Below, piece after piece: positions 8,119 to 19,114 of a stretch of 64,000 nucleotides of DNA. The notes beneath the pieces are model-generated. The model had not been told where the DNA came from. It saw only the letters and a list, made by a program, of their open reading frames with translations, and made no database searches. Position 1 is the stretch's first letter, and the number at the start of each line of letters is the position of its first letter. The stretch is from the sequence record KU726251.1; one strand, written 5' to 3'. A program made the position numbers and the translations under genes.

Positions 8119-8440
8119 CCCCAGCGACATCATGTTCAGCATGTATGATGTTAACACGGGGTTGAAGCATATCATTCTCTGTATGCTCGAATACATGATT
8201 CCGACATTTACAGAACACGGTGCGTGGGACACAGAAACAGTCTCACTGATTGTTAGGTGTTATCGTCCCAGAAGTCATTCGCGGGAAATCCACACCATCG
8301 CGTCACACGTTCATCGTGCTATCTGTGAGGAAATGGGCATTCCTCCGAAAGGGTATCGGTATCATTATAATCAAGCAGACAGAATTCTCCGTTTCATTCC
8401 ACGTAAGGTAACAGATGTCTATGATGACGGTTTATACTGA
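8111..8440 (+). CDS. hypothetical protein
   Basis: TTG 8111 (or ATG 8132) within track ORF 7973..8440; tightly packed operon. Confidence 0.6.
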   Translation: MNDPSDIMFSMYDVNTGLKHIILCMLEYMIPTFTEHGAWDTETVSLIVRCYRPRSHSREIHTIASHVHRAICEEMGIPPKGYRYHYNQADRILRFIPRKVTDVYDDGLY

Positions 8441-8822
8441 GTTCGTGCGATTGACTTGCCGACTCACCACACTCGTCAAAGAGAATCTCGGCATCGATTA
8501 CCAGGATGCTGCGGTAGAGCTTGACGACTATATCGAGCAAATTGTTCGGTTGCATGTTCTGCGGAAAAAATACGGCGTTATCGATAGCATGATACGCCAG
8601 TTCTTTATGGAGTATGTTCACGATAACCCAATCATTACTCCAACCACGTCGGCAAAATACTGGGCTCTTTGTCGATTTGAGTTGTTGATACGGGACACCG
8701 ATTGCATCTGGCAAGCAATCGACGAGGACATGACTTATTTACCACAATCCGACTTTCTCCTCTGGCATGTAGGAGACGGCGTCTGGAAAATGTTGACTAC
8801 AGGGGTTACTTACAATGATTGA
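8415..8822 (+). CDS. hypothetical protein
   Basis: Overlapping operon ORF, 135 aa. Confidence 0.7.
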   Translation: MSMMTVYTEFVRLTCRLTTLVKENLGIDYQDAAVELDDYIEQIVRLHVLRKKYGVIDSMIRQFFMEYVHDNPIITPTTSAKYWALCRFELLIRDTDCIWQAIDEDMTYLPQSDFLLWHVGDGVWKMLTTGVTYND

Positions 8823-9324
8823 GCGATCTCATTTTTATATCCCCGGCTATCAGTTATTGGCTGGGCCGTTAACGGAGTTTTCGCCAAACGATGTGCTCCG
8901 CGAAGTGAATGACGATTTGAACTCGATAATCAATACCGCCATGAGCTTCGTGGAACGTGGAACCATTGGTAGTGAGTTAAAGTTTATGATGAACAATACC
9001 TTTGGGTTTGTTTCTCGTACACTGAATGCACACGGCGTTGTGTTGGAAAATGAGCAAGTAATCACTTACGGCACCGCAATTCAAAACATCGGCCGAGCGT
9101 ATATGACTGCTGTGTCACAGTCACCATACTGGTTTACTCACTACGGACGTTGGGTAGGTGCGCAATACACAACGCGTAATCCATCGGATGTCGAATTCTT
9201 ACTGGATTATAACGGTGGTGATAAGTTCCCACAGTTTGCCAGCCAGGAAGCGTACGAGCGCATCACTCCACAACTTCTGCCGGTTATCGATTTGCTTATC
9301 GGTAATCTCGGAGGTCGTGTATGA
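8815..9324 (+). CDS. hypothetical protein
   Basis: Overlapping operon ORF, 169 aa. Confidence 0.7.
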   Translation: MIERSHFYIPGYQLLAGPLTEFSPNDVLREVNDDLNSIINTAMSFVERGTIGSELKFMMNNTFGFVSRTLNAHGVVLENEQVITYGTAIQNIGRAYMTAVSQSPYWFTHYGRWVGAQYTTRNPSDVEFLLDYNGGDKFPQFASQEAYERITPQLLPVIDLLIGNLGGRV

Positions 9325-9809
9325 GCGTTCTGTTTGATGTGGCGGATATTGCGAACCAATATAGCGCGACTCGGTTTTACGAGCATGTTCGTGAAGCGGC
9401 ATTGCGTGTACTGGAAGCCAGTAACCTGGAGATTGATGAAACACAGATACGTGATTTTTATCAACGTTTTGCGTTTGCGTATATCATCGGTGTGAAAACT
9501 CGTGACCCTTCGACGATGGTTGATTTGTTACAGGAAGACACGCTTGAACCTCTGGGCAATTGGGAGCTGGTGACCGATGGTCTGTCCGTTGACCAGTTCG
9601 CTAAGGAAACGTCCGTCGATACGACGTTTCTGGCAGCACAAGGTTCGCCCGAACAACATCAAGCAGCCTTCGGCGCTGCGGTAAGTTTGCTGGTCGAAGA
9701 GTTAACAAACTTAACTGGTTTTGCTGGACTGATAGAGTCGCTGTATCCGGGGCGATATCAAACGTATGTAGGTGATAGTTTTAACGATGTGGTGTTAATC
9801 TGCGAATGA
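9321..9809 (+). CDS. hypothetical protein
   Basis: GGAGG RBS, ATGA overlap. Confidence 0.75.
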   Translation: MSVLFDVADIANQYSATRFYEHVREAALRVLEASNLEIDETQIRDFYQRFAFAYIIGVKTRDPSTMVDLLQEDTLEPLGNWELVTDGLSVDQFAKETSVDTTFLAAQGSPEQHQAAFGAAVSLLVEELTNLTGFAGLIESLYPGRYQTYVGDSFNDVVLICE

Positions 9810-10237
9810 AACTGTACATGACCATAGGCGAAGTCTTCAAATATGAGTCGTTGTTGGCACGGGCCGAGATTGCTGATACTAGCGAGATCGAGCCCGCTGT
9901 CGCTTATTTGTTTCTGGCCAGTTACGCCGAATTAACGGTACGTTCTATTGTTAATGGGCTAGGTAAGGGTGAGAACTTTCTTACTTTTATTCCCCCAGAC
10001 CCTGCGTTGATACTGGAACAGTTGCGCGGGATGTGGGGTACTGAAAAGGTGCTGCCTCTAAACTGCTACAGCATGAGCAGTGGAATTAAGGATGATGTTC
10101 GGTTCTATGAAATCCTTTCCGTGATAGAACGTGTGTGGGGCATGGCTGGCTTGACTCCAGAAGACGGAGCAAAAAAGACAAAGGTTTCACTCCTTATGAA
10201 TGAAATTGGCAACGCACTCATCTGTGTTGAATGTTAA
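9806..10237 (+). CDS. hypothetical protein
   Basis: ATGA overlap, 143 aa. Confidence 0.7.
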   Translation: MKLYMTIGEVFKYESLLARAEIADTSEIEPAVAYLFLASYAELTVRSIVNGLGKGENFLTFIPPDPALILEQLRGMWGTEKVLPLNCYSMSSGIKDDVRFYEILSVIERVWGMAGLTPEDGAKKTKVSLLMNEIGNALICVEC

Positions 10238-10246
10238 GGAGTACGA

Positions 10247-10846
10247 ATGATCTACAAGGTGATCGCCAACCACTTGATTAATGTGGACTTGGGGGTCGTG
10301 GGGTATCTTCCTGACGGTATGCGGTTTCTGGATCTGGTGATTGACACCGTAGTCCGTTTACCACGTGTCACTGTGGAGATACCTGTAAAGGAATTGGACC
10401 GGGACGAGATACATGAACTTATACGTGAAACGCTGACTAGCTACACATACGAGTTTCGTTGCATGTTACCTCGCACCGATCTTACGTTCTTGCACGACTT
10501 CTTTACGTTACTGACTGACGAGTACCGTCGGTGGAAGTTTAATGTTGCAATGGAAGCCAGCACCGAATCGCATTTTAACGGTCTGACACCATTGTTAGAT
10601 TTAGCGTTGATGTACAAAGAGCAAGACAGTTCACACTGGGTTACGCTCAAGCATTACACGTTGGATCTAATGGCGACCGCCGTAACGGAAGCATTTATGG
10701 CGCATTATGTTGAGCCGGTGAAGATGTTCTTAGAGGCGCATAATGGCGCTATCCGTACGTTGGTTCTCAAGGTGGACTTCCCGAAGACGCCGTTAACCAA
10801 TGCTTTGGATATGAGGCTGCTTGTTGATGTTCCTGAGGAGGAATAA
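10247..10846 (+). CDS. hypothetical protein
   Basis: TAAGGAG RBS, 199 aa. Confidence 0.75.
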   Translation: MIYKVIANHLINVDLGVVGYLPDGMRFLDLVIDTVVRLPRVTVEIPVKELDRDEIHELIRETLTSYTYEFRCMLPRTDLTFLHDFFTLLTDEYRRWKFNVAMEASTESHFNGLTPLLDLALMYKEQDSSHWVTLKHYTLDLMATAVTEAFMAHYVEPVKMFLEAHNGAIRTLVLKVDFPKTPLTNALDMRLLVDVPEEE

Positions 10847-11256
10847 TGTTCGATCTACGCACACTGGTCGCTGGGCAAAAAGTTAACATTGTTTACGACA
10901 CCCCTTTGAAAGGGCAAGAGACGCGTGTAATTATTCTGGCAACCGGCGTTGGCTATGAAATGGCCAAAAGCTATATGGATGTGATGGCGGAGCAGAAGAA
11001 TATCTACTCTTCCATTGTTTCTCAGCCAGAAGATAACGTGAACAAATACACGTATCTGATTTTCAAAGGTGTTGACGGCAAACCCAAAGTCGCTGCTGAT
11101 GCCTGGATTCGTGATGTTCAGATTATCGAAAACACGAAAGTGCGCTTTACCGTCACCCTGGATAACAAACAGGAGATTGACGACCTTAAGCGCGCCCTGG
11201 CTGCCAACGGTTTCAATGATGTCGATTTTGAAATCGTTGAGAGTATCGCCGGTTAA
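10846..11256 (+). CDS. hypothetical protein upstream of DNA polymerase
   Basis: GAGGAG RBS, TAATG overlap, followed by terminator. Confidence 0.75.
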   Translation: MFDLRTLVAGQKVNIVYDTPLKGQETRVIILATGVGYEMAKSYMDVMAEQKNIYSSIVSQPEDNVNKYTYLIFKGVDGKPKVAADAWIRDVQIIENTKVRFTVTLDNKQEIDDLKRALAANGFNDVDFEIVESIAG

Positions 11257-11261
11257 AGTAA

Positions 11262-11300
11262 GCCCACTCTTCGGAGTGGGTTATTTTTTTTCTTTTTTCA
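11262..11300 (+). terminator. intrinsic terminator
   Basis: CCCACTC-TTCG-GAGTGGG + T run. Confidence 0.85.
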
Positions 11301-11346
11301 CGTATCCCGCAAGTCTTATAGCTGAGTAAAAACCAAGGGGCCAGAC

Positions 11347-13626
11347 GTGGACTACAATTCACCATTTCGTCTTAGTCAAGACGAGTATCATCGCGACATT
11401 GACGTTATCGATGCGTACTACGAACAACTGGCGCTCTACATTCATACCGTCACCAACGGGAAATATTCCTTGGAGTTCTGTCGACAGCAGGTCGAAGAAA
11501 TGTTCCAACCTGGTGGTGAGTTAGTACACGAATTCCCCGTGTGTAAGATGTGGGTGCGCAATCAAAAGACCGGCGATCGCGAAGAAAAATACACTACGGT
11601 AGATAAACTGTTCCGTACAGTGATTGATAAGCAGATCATTTCTGCACCGTCGTTGACTTTCTATTTGCCGGAACACGTCAAGCGTTCTAAGCTTGCTGAA
11701 TTTACCGCAGAGAACGTGCGTAAGCGTGCGGTGGTTAAGAAAGAGATGTATGCAGCCGGTGCTGCAGGCAACGAAGTTTTACGTATTAACAAAAAGAACG
11801 AACAGAACGCTGTTAAGACGTTGAACAACGGGATGTCGGGTGCATTCTCATCACCGTACACGGTAATCTTTAACCAGTCTTCGCACTCTGTATTGACGTC
11901 AACCTGCCGTACAGCTACATCATTCGGTAATGCGGGCAACGAACGACTACTGGGCGGTAATCGTCACTACGACACGCCGTCTCGTGTCATCGACCACCTA
12001 CTCTCTATCGGTACACTGACTAACTTTGCTGAGTTCAAGAAGTGTATGGAACTCTATAACCTCCACTACCCAACTGTGGACGAGGTTATGGAAGTGGTTA
12101 TGTACTCTGCAGAGTTTTACTTCCGTAACGAGGAAGGGGTGGAGTTCATTCGTCACTACGTCGGTAATTGTAGCCCGCTTGTACGTGCAGCGTTTGTCTA
12201 CATGGGTGACTTCTACCACCTGGCGAAATACAACGATGAATTCATGCGTGGATTTATTGGTGCGCTGATTGCCGAGGAGATGGAAGACGAGATCACTGAT
12301 TGGGATGCCGCTGAGCGCTCTATCGACGGTGACATGCAGATCATTATCTCGCAGTTCCGTACCGATATCGTGCCGTTAGGTAAGTCGTTCTCTGACGTTA
12401 AACTCAAAGACGAAAACACGAACAAAGCGGAACCGTGGGATAAGCAGGAAAAATACAAAGAGCTGATTCGCTCAGCTGTGTATCTGCAGAAAACCATCGG
12501 TAAGTACGCGTGCTTGATTCGTAATATCCTGACCACCAAAAACCTGCCAATCAACATTGCCAGGATGCCCGACGTGGTTCGTCGTGTTGGTGTGGTATCT
12601 GATACCGACTCCACGATGATGACTGCACAGTGGTGGGCGCAGTGGTATACCGGTCAACATTACGGTCGTGAAGCTACGCGCGTATCGGATGCGATGATTT
12701 ATATCGCAACCCAGCACTTACGTCATCTGATGGCGAGTATGTCGGCGAATATCGGTGTGGCGAAAGAGCGTCTGTTTTTGTACGCAATGAAGAACGAATT
12801 TAAGTTCGACTCCTTTGCGTTAACCACGAAAGCAAAACACTATTTCTCCATCATCACTGGCCAGGAAGGGCAGCTGAAGTCTGACCCTGAGTTAGAAGTT
12901 AAGGGCGTGTCTTTACGTACGTCGAACATTCCTCCGGTGGTCATGAAAGAGTTCAAACGCACGATCAAAGAACTCTGTGAGATCGTGGCACGTGGTGACA
13001 AGATTAAGATTCTGCCTCTGCTGGAAAAGGTTGCTGCAATTGAGCACGTTGTGGTGGATTCTATTCGCGCTGGTAAAGCAGGCTACCTGAAAACAACCAA
13101 CGTCAAAGACCGTAGTGCGTACTCTGAAGATGATGAAAAGAGTTACCATTACCACCGCATGTACAACGCTATCTTTGGACCGAAGTACGGCTACCTGGAC
13201 GAACCGCCTTATGACGCCGTGAAACTTCCGGTAAACCTGGAGAACAAAACAGCCGTTAAAGAGTGGCTGGAAAACATTAAAGACCCGATGATTAAGACCA
13301 CCGCAACACGGTGGTTCGAAGAAAACAACTATCGTACCTATCGCACTCTGATACTGCCAGAGTTCCTGGTGGAAAACTTCGGTATTCCGCCGGAGCTGAT
13401 TGATGCTGCAGACACACGTCGAAGCGCTTTCTCCACAGTAGAACCTTACTATCACATTCTGGAATGTCTGGGTGTGTTCATGATGGACAAAAACAGAACT
13501 CGTCTGCTTTCGGATTACTACGGTGAGTCTGTAGATTCCGTCAAGGAAGAATTAGGTAGTGGTGAGTACGTTAAGAAATCTGAACGTGATGGAGAGGAAG
13601 AAGATGGGGAAGAAGCGGAGGAGTAA
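11347..13626 (+). CDS. family B DNA polymerase, C-terminal catalytic part (phiKZ gp50-like)
   Basis: Motif B-like QNAVKTLNNGMSG, motif C SDTDS, KHYF and LEVKGV; lacks exonuclease and motif A. Confidence 0.85.
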   Translation: MDYNSPFRLSQDEYHRDIDVIDAYYEQLALYIHTVTNGKYSLEFCRQQVEEMFQPGGELVHEFPVCKMWVRNQKTGDREEKYTTVDKLFRTVIDKQIISAPSLTFYLPEHVKRSKLAEFTAENVRKRAVVKKEMYAAGAAGNEVLRINKKNEQNAVKTLNNGMSGAFSSPYTVIFNQSSHSVLTSTCRTATSFGNAGNERLLGGNRHYDTPSRVIDHLLSIGTLTNFAEFKKCMELYNLHYPTVDEVMEVVMYSAEFYFRNEEGVEFIRHYVGNCSPLVRAAFVYMGDFYHLAKYNDEFMRGFIGALIAEEMEDEITDWDAAERSIDGDMQIIISQFRTDIVPLGKSFSDVKLKDENTNKAEPWDKQEKYKELIRSAVYLQKTIGKYACLIRNILTTKNLPINIARMPDVVRRVGVVSDTDSTMMTAQWWAQWYTGQHYGREATRVSDAMIYIATQHLRHLMASMSANIGVAKERLFLYAMKNEFKFDSFALTTKAKHYFSIITGQEGQLKSDPELEVKGVSLRTSNIPPVVMKEFKRTIKELCEIVARGDKIKILPLLEKVAAIEHVVVDSIRAGKAGYLKTTNVKDRSAYSEDDEKSYHYHRMYNAIFGPKYGYLDEPPYDAVKLPVNLENKTAVKEWLENIKDPMIKTTATRWFEENNYRTYRTLILPEFLVENFGIPPELIDAADTRRSAFSTVEPYYHILECLGVFMMDKNRTRLLSDYYGESVDSVKEELGSGEYVKKSERDGEEEDGEEAEE

Positions 13627-13739
13627 GAATAAGTCACGATCGTGTGTACCACAAACAATAACCTTTACGTGGGTGGACCCAACACCGGTACCGACGGCGC
13701 TACTCAATCTTTGGTTATCTTATCTAAAGGAAGAACATT

Positions 13740-14012
13740 GTGTCGAAACGAAACAGTAAAGCAAATAACTGGGGCTGGCGACAGCTCTATTTACACAGCC
13801 AGCCTAACCTGGTACGGCAGCATGTGTTGTCTTTGCCAACGCAGTTTCAAACACTGGCATCGTGTGAAGGTTCGGTGTCGCCACGCGACGATCGTTGGAA
13901 AACCATGAAACCGGTTGTGTCTATTGACAAGCAATTTGACAATCCTCTCGACGGTTGGTTTGCAGCAATAGGCGGTTTAAACGTGCGGGTGGAAGGGTAT
14001 GTATCGAAATAG
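13740..14012 (+). CDS. small hypothetical protein
   Basis: AAGGAAG RBS + GTG. Confidence 0.45.
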   Translation: MSKRNSKANNWGWRQLYLHSQPNLVRQHVLSLPTQFQTLASCEGSVSPRDDRWKTMKPVVSIDKQFDNPLDGWFAAIGGLNVRVEGYVSK

Positions 14013-14196
14013 TGGGAAGTCCACAGAGATGATAACCGCAATCCGTCGCGACCTCGAAGAACGGGGTTGCGTGGATATTGAGTTACATCAGGCAGGCGAA
14101 ACGGTGCATATCACGGCATTGGATGCCAAACGGAAACGTAAAATCACTGTGTGGGGTAAACCATACGCAAGTGATTTTACGGAGACGATAAAATAA
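13999..14196 (+). CDS. small hypothetical protein
   Basis: GGAAGG RBS; ends before terminator. Confidence 0.5.
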   Translation: MYRNSGKSTEMITAIRRDLEERGCVDIELHQAGETVHITALDAKRKRKITVWGKPYASDFTETIK

Positions 14197-14205
14197 TAGA
14201 CAGAC

Positions 14206-14249
14206 AAAAAATAAAAAAAAGAACTACACACCGAAGTGTGTAGTTTTTG
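14206..14249 (-). terminator. terminator (UUCG loop on minus strand), probably bidirectional
   Basis: AACTACACAC-CGAA-GTGTGTAGTT with long upstream A run. Confidence 0.8.
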
Positions 14250-14297
14250 TATATAGTATGAATACTCGAAAGAGTGTTCGCGAGGAGAGAGTAAGTC

Positions 14298-15386
14298 TTA
14301 TTTTTCTTCTAGCTCTGTCGTCAACGGGATAATCAAATCGCGTTGGATAAAGTTATAGAAGGATTTGGTCAAACGTGTGAGGACTTTAGAGTCCACATAA
14401 CGCGCCAAATCAACCAACATCGTACGTTTGTGTTTCTCCATATTCCCCTGGTTGTATTGAAGACAAAACAGTGCCCAGTACCAGTTCACCATGTTCTGGT
14501 GCCAGGTGTTCTGCAGTGTTTGACCTGGTTCTCGAAAGACAATCAGTTCCAGTGCTGTATGGCCTTCTTCACCAGGATGTTGGAAGAACAATGGGATGTT
14601 GTTTAAGACTTGTCCCGGTAACGGGTTGGCAGCCAGTAGTTTACTACGGATGCCTTTTGCGTGCTTCACAGCTAAAGCTTGAAGCGGCGGAACAGGAATG
14701 ACACGTAACGTTTCATCCGGTTCAATCTCTTTCCCGAAGGCTATCGCGCGATGTATATTTACAAAGGCGATATCCATGTAGCTCGGCAACATGCGTGAGA
14801 TCACATGTCGTTGGAGATACACAGGTGTGGCAATAGGTTCGGTACCGCGACTGTAGTGCTGCTGACCTTTGACATATTGCCAAAGCAAAGCAACCAGGTT
14901 GATTTCGATCACCGTAACACCTCGGGGCCGTCCGTCACCGAACTTCCAATTGAGGTTGGTATACTCATGGTAGAGGTAACGGGCGGGGGTGTAGTCGCGG
15001 AACGAAAGGTCTGGATTTACTGGGCGGGCTACGAGAGAGATTACCTCATCTTGGCCCTGGATAAACTTGCTATTAAAGATTTGACCGTACTCACCAACAG
15101 ACGTCAAGCGTAAGGCGTTACCGATCTGAACAAGCTTGCGACGGCAAGCCCATTCGATGTCTTCGTACTCTGGTTCACCGGCATAGCCGATGGCAGACAA
15201 CACCTGTTGCAACAAATGGCCATTACCAGCACTGCGATTAAGCTGTTCGAAGTAGTTGCGTATACGCTGGCTGTTGTTTTTTACGTGAGCCGCTAATGTT
15301 ATAGCGGAGGGGTCCGTGCTGTGACCCTTTATGGCCACTTGGTTTAACTCGGCTTGGCTGAACATGGCAGACTCCTTAGATTCCAC
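14298..15386 (-). CDS. conserved phiKZ-like protein divergent from chimallin, probable head protein
   Basis: 362 aa; position matches recalled conserved block (phiKZ gp52-like). Confidence 0.7.
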   Translation of the reverse strand: MESKESAMFSQAELNQVAIKGHSTDPSAITLAAHVKNNSQRIRNYFEQLNRSAGNGHLLQQVLSAIGYAGEPEYEDIEWACRRKLVQIGNALRLTSVGEYGQIFNSKFIQGQDEVISLVARPVNPDLSFRDYTPARYLYHEYTNLNWKFGDGRPRGVTVIEINLVALLWQYVKGQQHYSRGTEPIATPVYLQRHVISRMLPSYMDIAFVNIHRAIAFGKEIEPDETLRVIPVPPLQALAVKHAKGIRSKLLAANPLPGQVLNNIPLFFQHPGEEGHTALELIVFREPGQTLQNTWHQNMVNWYWALFCLQYNQGNMEKHKRTMLVDLARYVDSKVLTRLTKSFYNFIQRDLIIPLTTELEEK

Positions 15387-15416
15387 ATAGGAAGTCAGTC
15401 ACAGTCAAAAATATCT

Positions 15417-15439
15417 CAGATTGATATTATCTATGTGAC
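15417..15439 (+). promoter_or_regulatory. early promoter motif (chimallin P1)
   Basis: CAGATTGATATTATCTATGTGAC. Confidence 0.6.
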
Positions 15440-15509
15440 AGTTCACGAGAAATGTCTGGACTATGTGCCTTGTAAGTAAGCGACGGCATACTTGCATTCC
15501 ATGGAATTA

Positions 15510-15532
15510 CAGGCAGATATTATCTCTGCGAA
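15510..15532 (+). promoter_or_regulatory. early promoter motif (chimallin P2)
   Basis: CAGGCAGATATTATCTCTGCGAA. Confidence 0.6.
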
Positions 15533-15571
15533 CCGAACTATGATTGCAATCACTATTAAGGAATATTTAAA

Positions 15572-17424
15572 ATGGTAAAAATCGTTGACTCTAACAACAA
15601 CGCTCAGCAGAACAACACTCAGACTCAAGACACCGCACCACTGGGCGGCCTGGGCAACGAGACTGTAAAAGTGCAAACTGCTGTGCCGGGTACTTCTACT
15701 GTCAGCCAATTCGATAACGCATTTGGCATCCGCAACATCAGCACCTATGCAATGCACTTCACCAACCTCCTGGATGAGCTGAAGAAAAGCAACGAATACC
15801 TCAACGCATTCCGCTGGGGCACCATCGTCGGCGTGGGTAACGAAATGGGTTCCGCGGCGTACGTCGCAGGCCAGTGGCAGGGCCACTGGCTGTACGGTAT
15901 CATCTTCTTTGAACGCGGTCAGTCTCTGCGTCTGAAAGAAACTACCAACAACGGCCAGGAAGACTACTACACCATCACTGAACTGTTCAACAAAGATGTG
16001 CTGGCAGTAGTACAGAAAAACATCATGGAAGCGCATGGTCTGACCAATGCGAACTTCATGATCATCAACTCCGTACCAGACCTGGGTAAAGTTCTGGATG
16101 CTGAGTGGGCACGTACTCTGATGGGTCAGATGATGATGGGCATCTTCGGTCGTATCGCAGGCTACCTGGGTACGCTGAACCTGCGTAAGCATGACCGTTA
16201 TCAGGCTGCAGTAATGCCGCTGGAAGATGGTGCGGTTGTTGATGCTAACGGCCACGCACAGCGTGCTGATTTCGCAATCACCGTTGAGCACAGCCCAAGC
16301 AACGTAACCGACGCCACTCCGACTCTGCTGGACACCAATCAGGTACAGGTGTATCCGCGTGTATCCGGTACCGGTTTCGTCAATATGCGTTTCACCGGTC
16401 AGAAGCCTGTCGTTAACGGCGTCTACGACCTGAAACAGCTGCAGGCTGAAATCGTAGTAAGTCTGGTCGATTCTCAAACTGAAGGTGCAATGGCACCGTA
16501 TGAACGACAACTGCTGCTGCTGGCTGCATTTGCAGAAATCGCGGCAATCGGTGGCTGGCGTGACCTGTTTGTGAAACGCCTGAACAAACAAGATCGCAAG
16601 TTCTCCCGTGTGGCAGAATACCTGTCCTGGGGTGCTGACGCTCGTCCTGATGTATCCAAAATCGACGGTAGCCGTGAAGCTATCGAAGGTTGCCTGGATA
16701 TGTTCGCACCGCGTGAAGCAGCACTGGTAGTTAGCCATCGTGCCGGTAACGGCTGGGTGGTCTGTCTACTATGCTGTCTGAAATTGCGGTCGGTTACGAC
16801 AACTCTCTGAAACAGCTGCTCGCTATTCTGAATTCCATGTCCCCGCGTGATCAGAACGGCGAAGTTGTTGCAGCGACCAGCTTCACTGCAGTATTTGCTT
16901 CTGCACTGAAAGCACAGCTGGGCGATGCCTTCAATGGTACCATCCATTGCAGCCACATCGTGAAAGCAGCCGTACCGACTGTTTCCGGTGTTTACACCGG
17001 TACTGCACAGAAACGTAGCTTCCAGGATATGGACCTGATTTCCGTTGTTACCAAACTGGGTGATAACGCGAACGACGTCTATAGCTACCTGAATGCACAG
17101 TCCTACAGCCACCGTGAACTGAACGAGCGTCAGCAGCGTATCTACATGCTGAAACTGGCCGCTTCTCTGTTCGCATCCAAAGCACCGCAAGCTACCGGTG
17201 AATCTCTGGATATGGCTATCAACCCGATCTTCGGTAAATGCCTGCTGGACTTCGTCCGTAACAACTGCACCTGGTCTATGACTGGTGTAAATGCCTACAA
17301 CACGATGGCGACCTCTCTGTTCTTCAACAACGGTGGGGAAGACTTCACGCTGTCTGGCAACGGCCTGTCTGCAAGCGGTTCCGATTTCGGTCTGGGCGTG
17401 TCTCTGAGCAACTTCAAACTGTAA
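15572..17424 (+). CDS. chmA: chimallin, major phage nuclear shell protein (one gene split by an apparent 1-nt deletion near 16753)
   Basis: About 617 aa when joined (…HRAGNG-LGGLSTMLSE…); highly biased codons; directly upstream of nvRNAP beta-prime N as in phiKZ gp54-gp55. Confidence 0.8.
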
Positions 17425-17453
17425 TCGAATCGGTTACTGAGTAGTTAGGAAAC

Positions 17454-17491
17454 GGACGGGGGCTAACGCCTCCGTCCTTCCCTCTTTTTTT
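17454..17491 (+). terminator. intrinsic terminator
   Basis: GGACGGGGGC-TAAC-GCCTCCGTCC + T run. Confidence 0.8.
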
Positions 17492-17506
17492 GTTGAGGTT
17501 GACAGA

Positions 17507-19101
17507 GTGAGAAAGGTACCAAAATTCTACGGAATATCCGGCCGGTTGGTTAGTCAGGATAACTATTTGTCCGATTTGCAAATAGAAGCTGCCGCAAAAG
17601 GTATTAAACCACCCACTATTATTAACGATGTCGCTGTTAACGGGGATGCGATCGAGGTTGCTGAACTTATCGATCGCATGGTACAGAACAGAATCGTTGA
17701 CGAAGAACTGAACTCTGCACCGATTTGTAGTTTGGATTGCCCGGCACCGATCGCGCATCGTTACAATCTCGGTTGTAAGTGTCCGACGTGTGGCTATGTT
17801 GTAACTGAACATCGAATTGAATCCGATGTCTGGTTACGTGCACCTGATGAAATGGGTAACTTCGTCAACCCACGATTCTGGGCAATGTTCAATGCTTTCT
17901 TTAATAGCAAGTTGAAGAAGTTTGAACGTAACAAGGTCACTATCGAACGCGGTAATGACTTGATGATGTGGATGATTGACCCGTATTACCGTATAGAAGA
18001 ACCAGACGGTAAACGCGCACATGCTGTGAAACGTGTATTGGAAGAACATGGTTTCGTTCGTGGCTTGCGCAATCTGGTTGATAACCACGTTAGTATCTTT
18101 AACATCCTTACCACGCCAGAAGCCTGGAAGGAAATCTTCGCACCTAATCGACATAACGCCGCTGAAGGTGAACGCTTACGTTTACAATGGAAGGAGCTAT
18201 TCGAAACGCAACGCCATGCATTCTTCCCAAGACACTTACCGCTAATCTCCTCTAACTTATCGTTACTGAGGAAGGTCGTCGTGGTGTCATGGTAGACCCA
18301 GTGTTCACGGGTGCTATTGATGCGGTGAAAAATATCGCGTTGCTTTATACGCGACGTAAAGCGATCGAACCACGTTTTCTGATTAGTCGTGCTTTGAAAG
18401 CGAACCGTCAGTTAACGTACTTCCACATGGACTTCCGTCGTGAGTCTATGGAAGGTAAACCGGGTGACTATCGCGCGAAATTGGGTTCCACCCATATTCC
18501 GTTCGGTGGTCGTGCAACCATCTCACCTATCTCAGAACCACACGATGCCTGGAAGTTAAAAGCACCATGGCGTTGGATGGTTGGGTTGATGTCGACCCAC
18601 ATCGAGAACAAACTGCTACGCCGGGGTTATTCGTCGCGGCAGTGTGAACGTATCGTCGCAAAAGCGGCAATGCAGTATGACCCGCTTGTAGACGAAATCT
18701 TTAAAGAACTGATTCGTGAATCCCCAGGCGGTCTTGGGATCATGGTCATACCGCTACGTAACCCAACGCTGGTACAGTTGTCTATTCAGACGCTGTTCAT
18801 CGACGAAGTTGTTACCGATGTTAACCAGTGTTCGCTGCGTATCTCTGACCGTGTGATAAAGATGGCAAATGGAGATTTCGATGGTGACCAGTTCCAGGTA
18901 CGTTTGCCAGTCGATGAAACTGAGATGAAGTTGGCGCTCCAATTCCGTCCAGATAACGGCTTTATGTCTTCTACTGATGTGGACCGCGTAGAACACGGCA
19001 TGGTTTTACATAACGAGCTAATCAGTATGCAGAACCAGTTCCTTATTGAGACAGATGAGGACGATGAAGAAGGCATTCCGTTGGAAGCGGTGATGGGCTA
19101 A
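17507..19101 (+). CDS. non-virion RNA polymerase beta-prime N-terminal subunit (phiKZ gp55-like), split by an apparent 1-nt deletion near 18254
   Basis: Zn-binding C..C…CKCPTCG; catalytic DFDGD at 18874-18888; about 531 aa joined. Confidence 0.9.
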
Positions 19102-19114
19102 TAGGAGTATTGTA

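Noticed and set aside
13559-13908. Small ORFs just after the DNA polymerase (13559..13759, 13642..13908)
   Set aside because: No convincing start or RBS; competing frames cannot be resolved
15461-17190. Long antisense ORFs (425 aa, 238 aa) opposite chimallin, and similar ones opposite 51070-55109
   Set aside because: Expected shadow of strong codon bias in highly expressed genes; no RBS and non-protein-like composition
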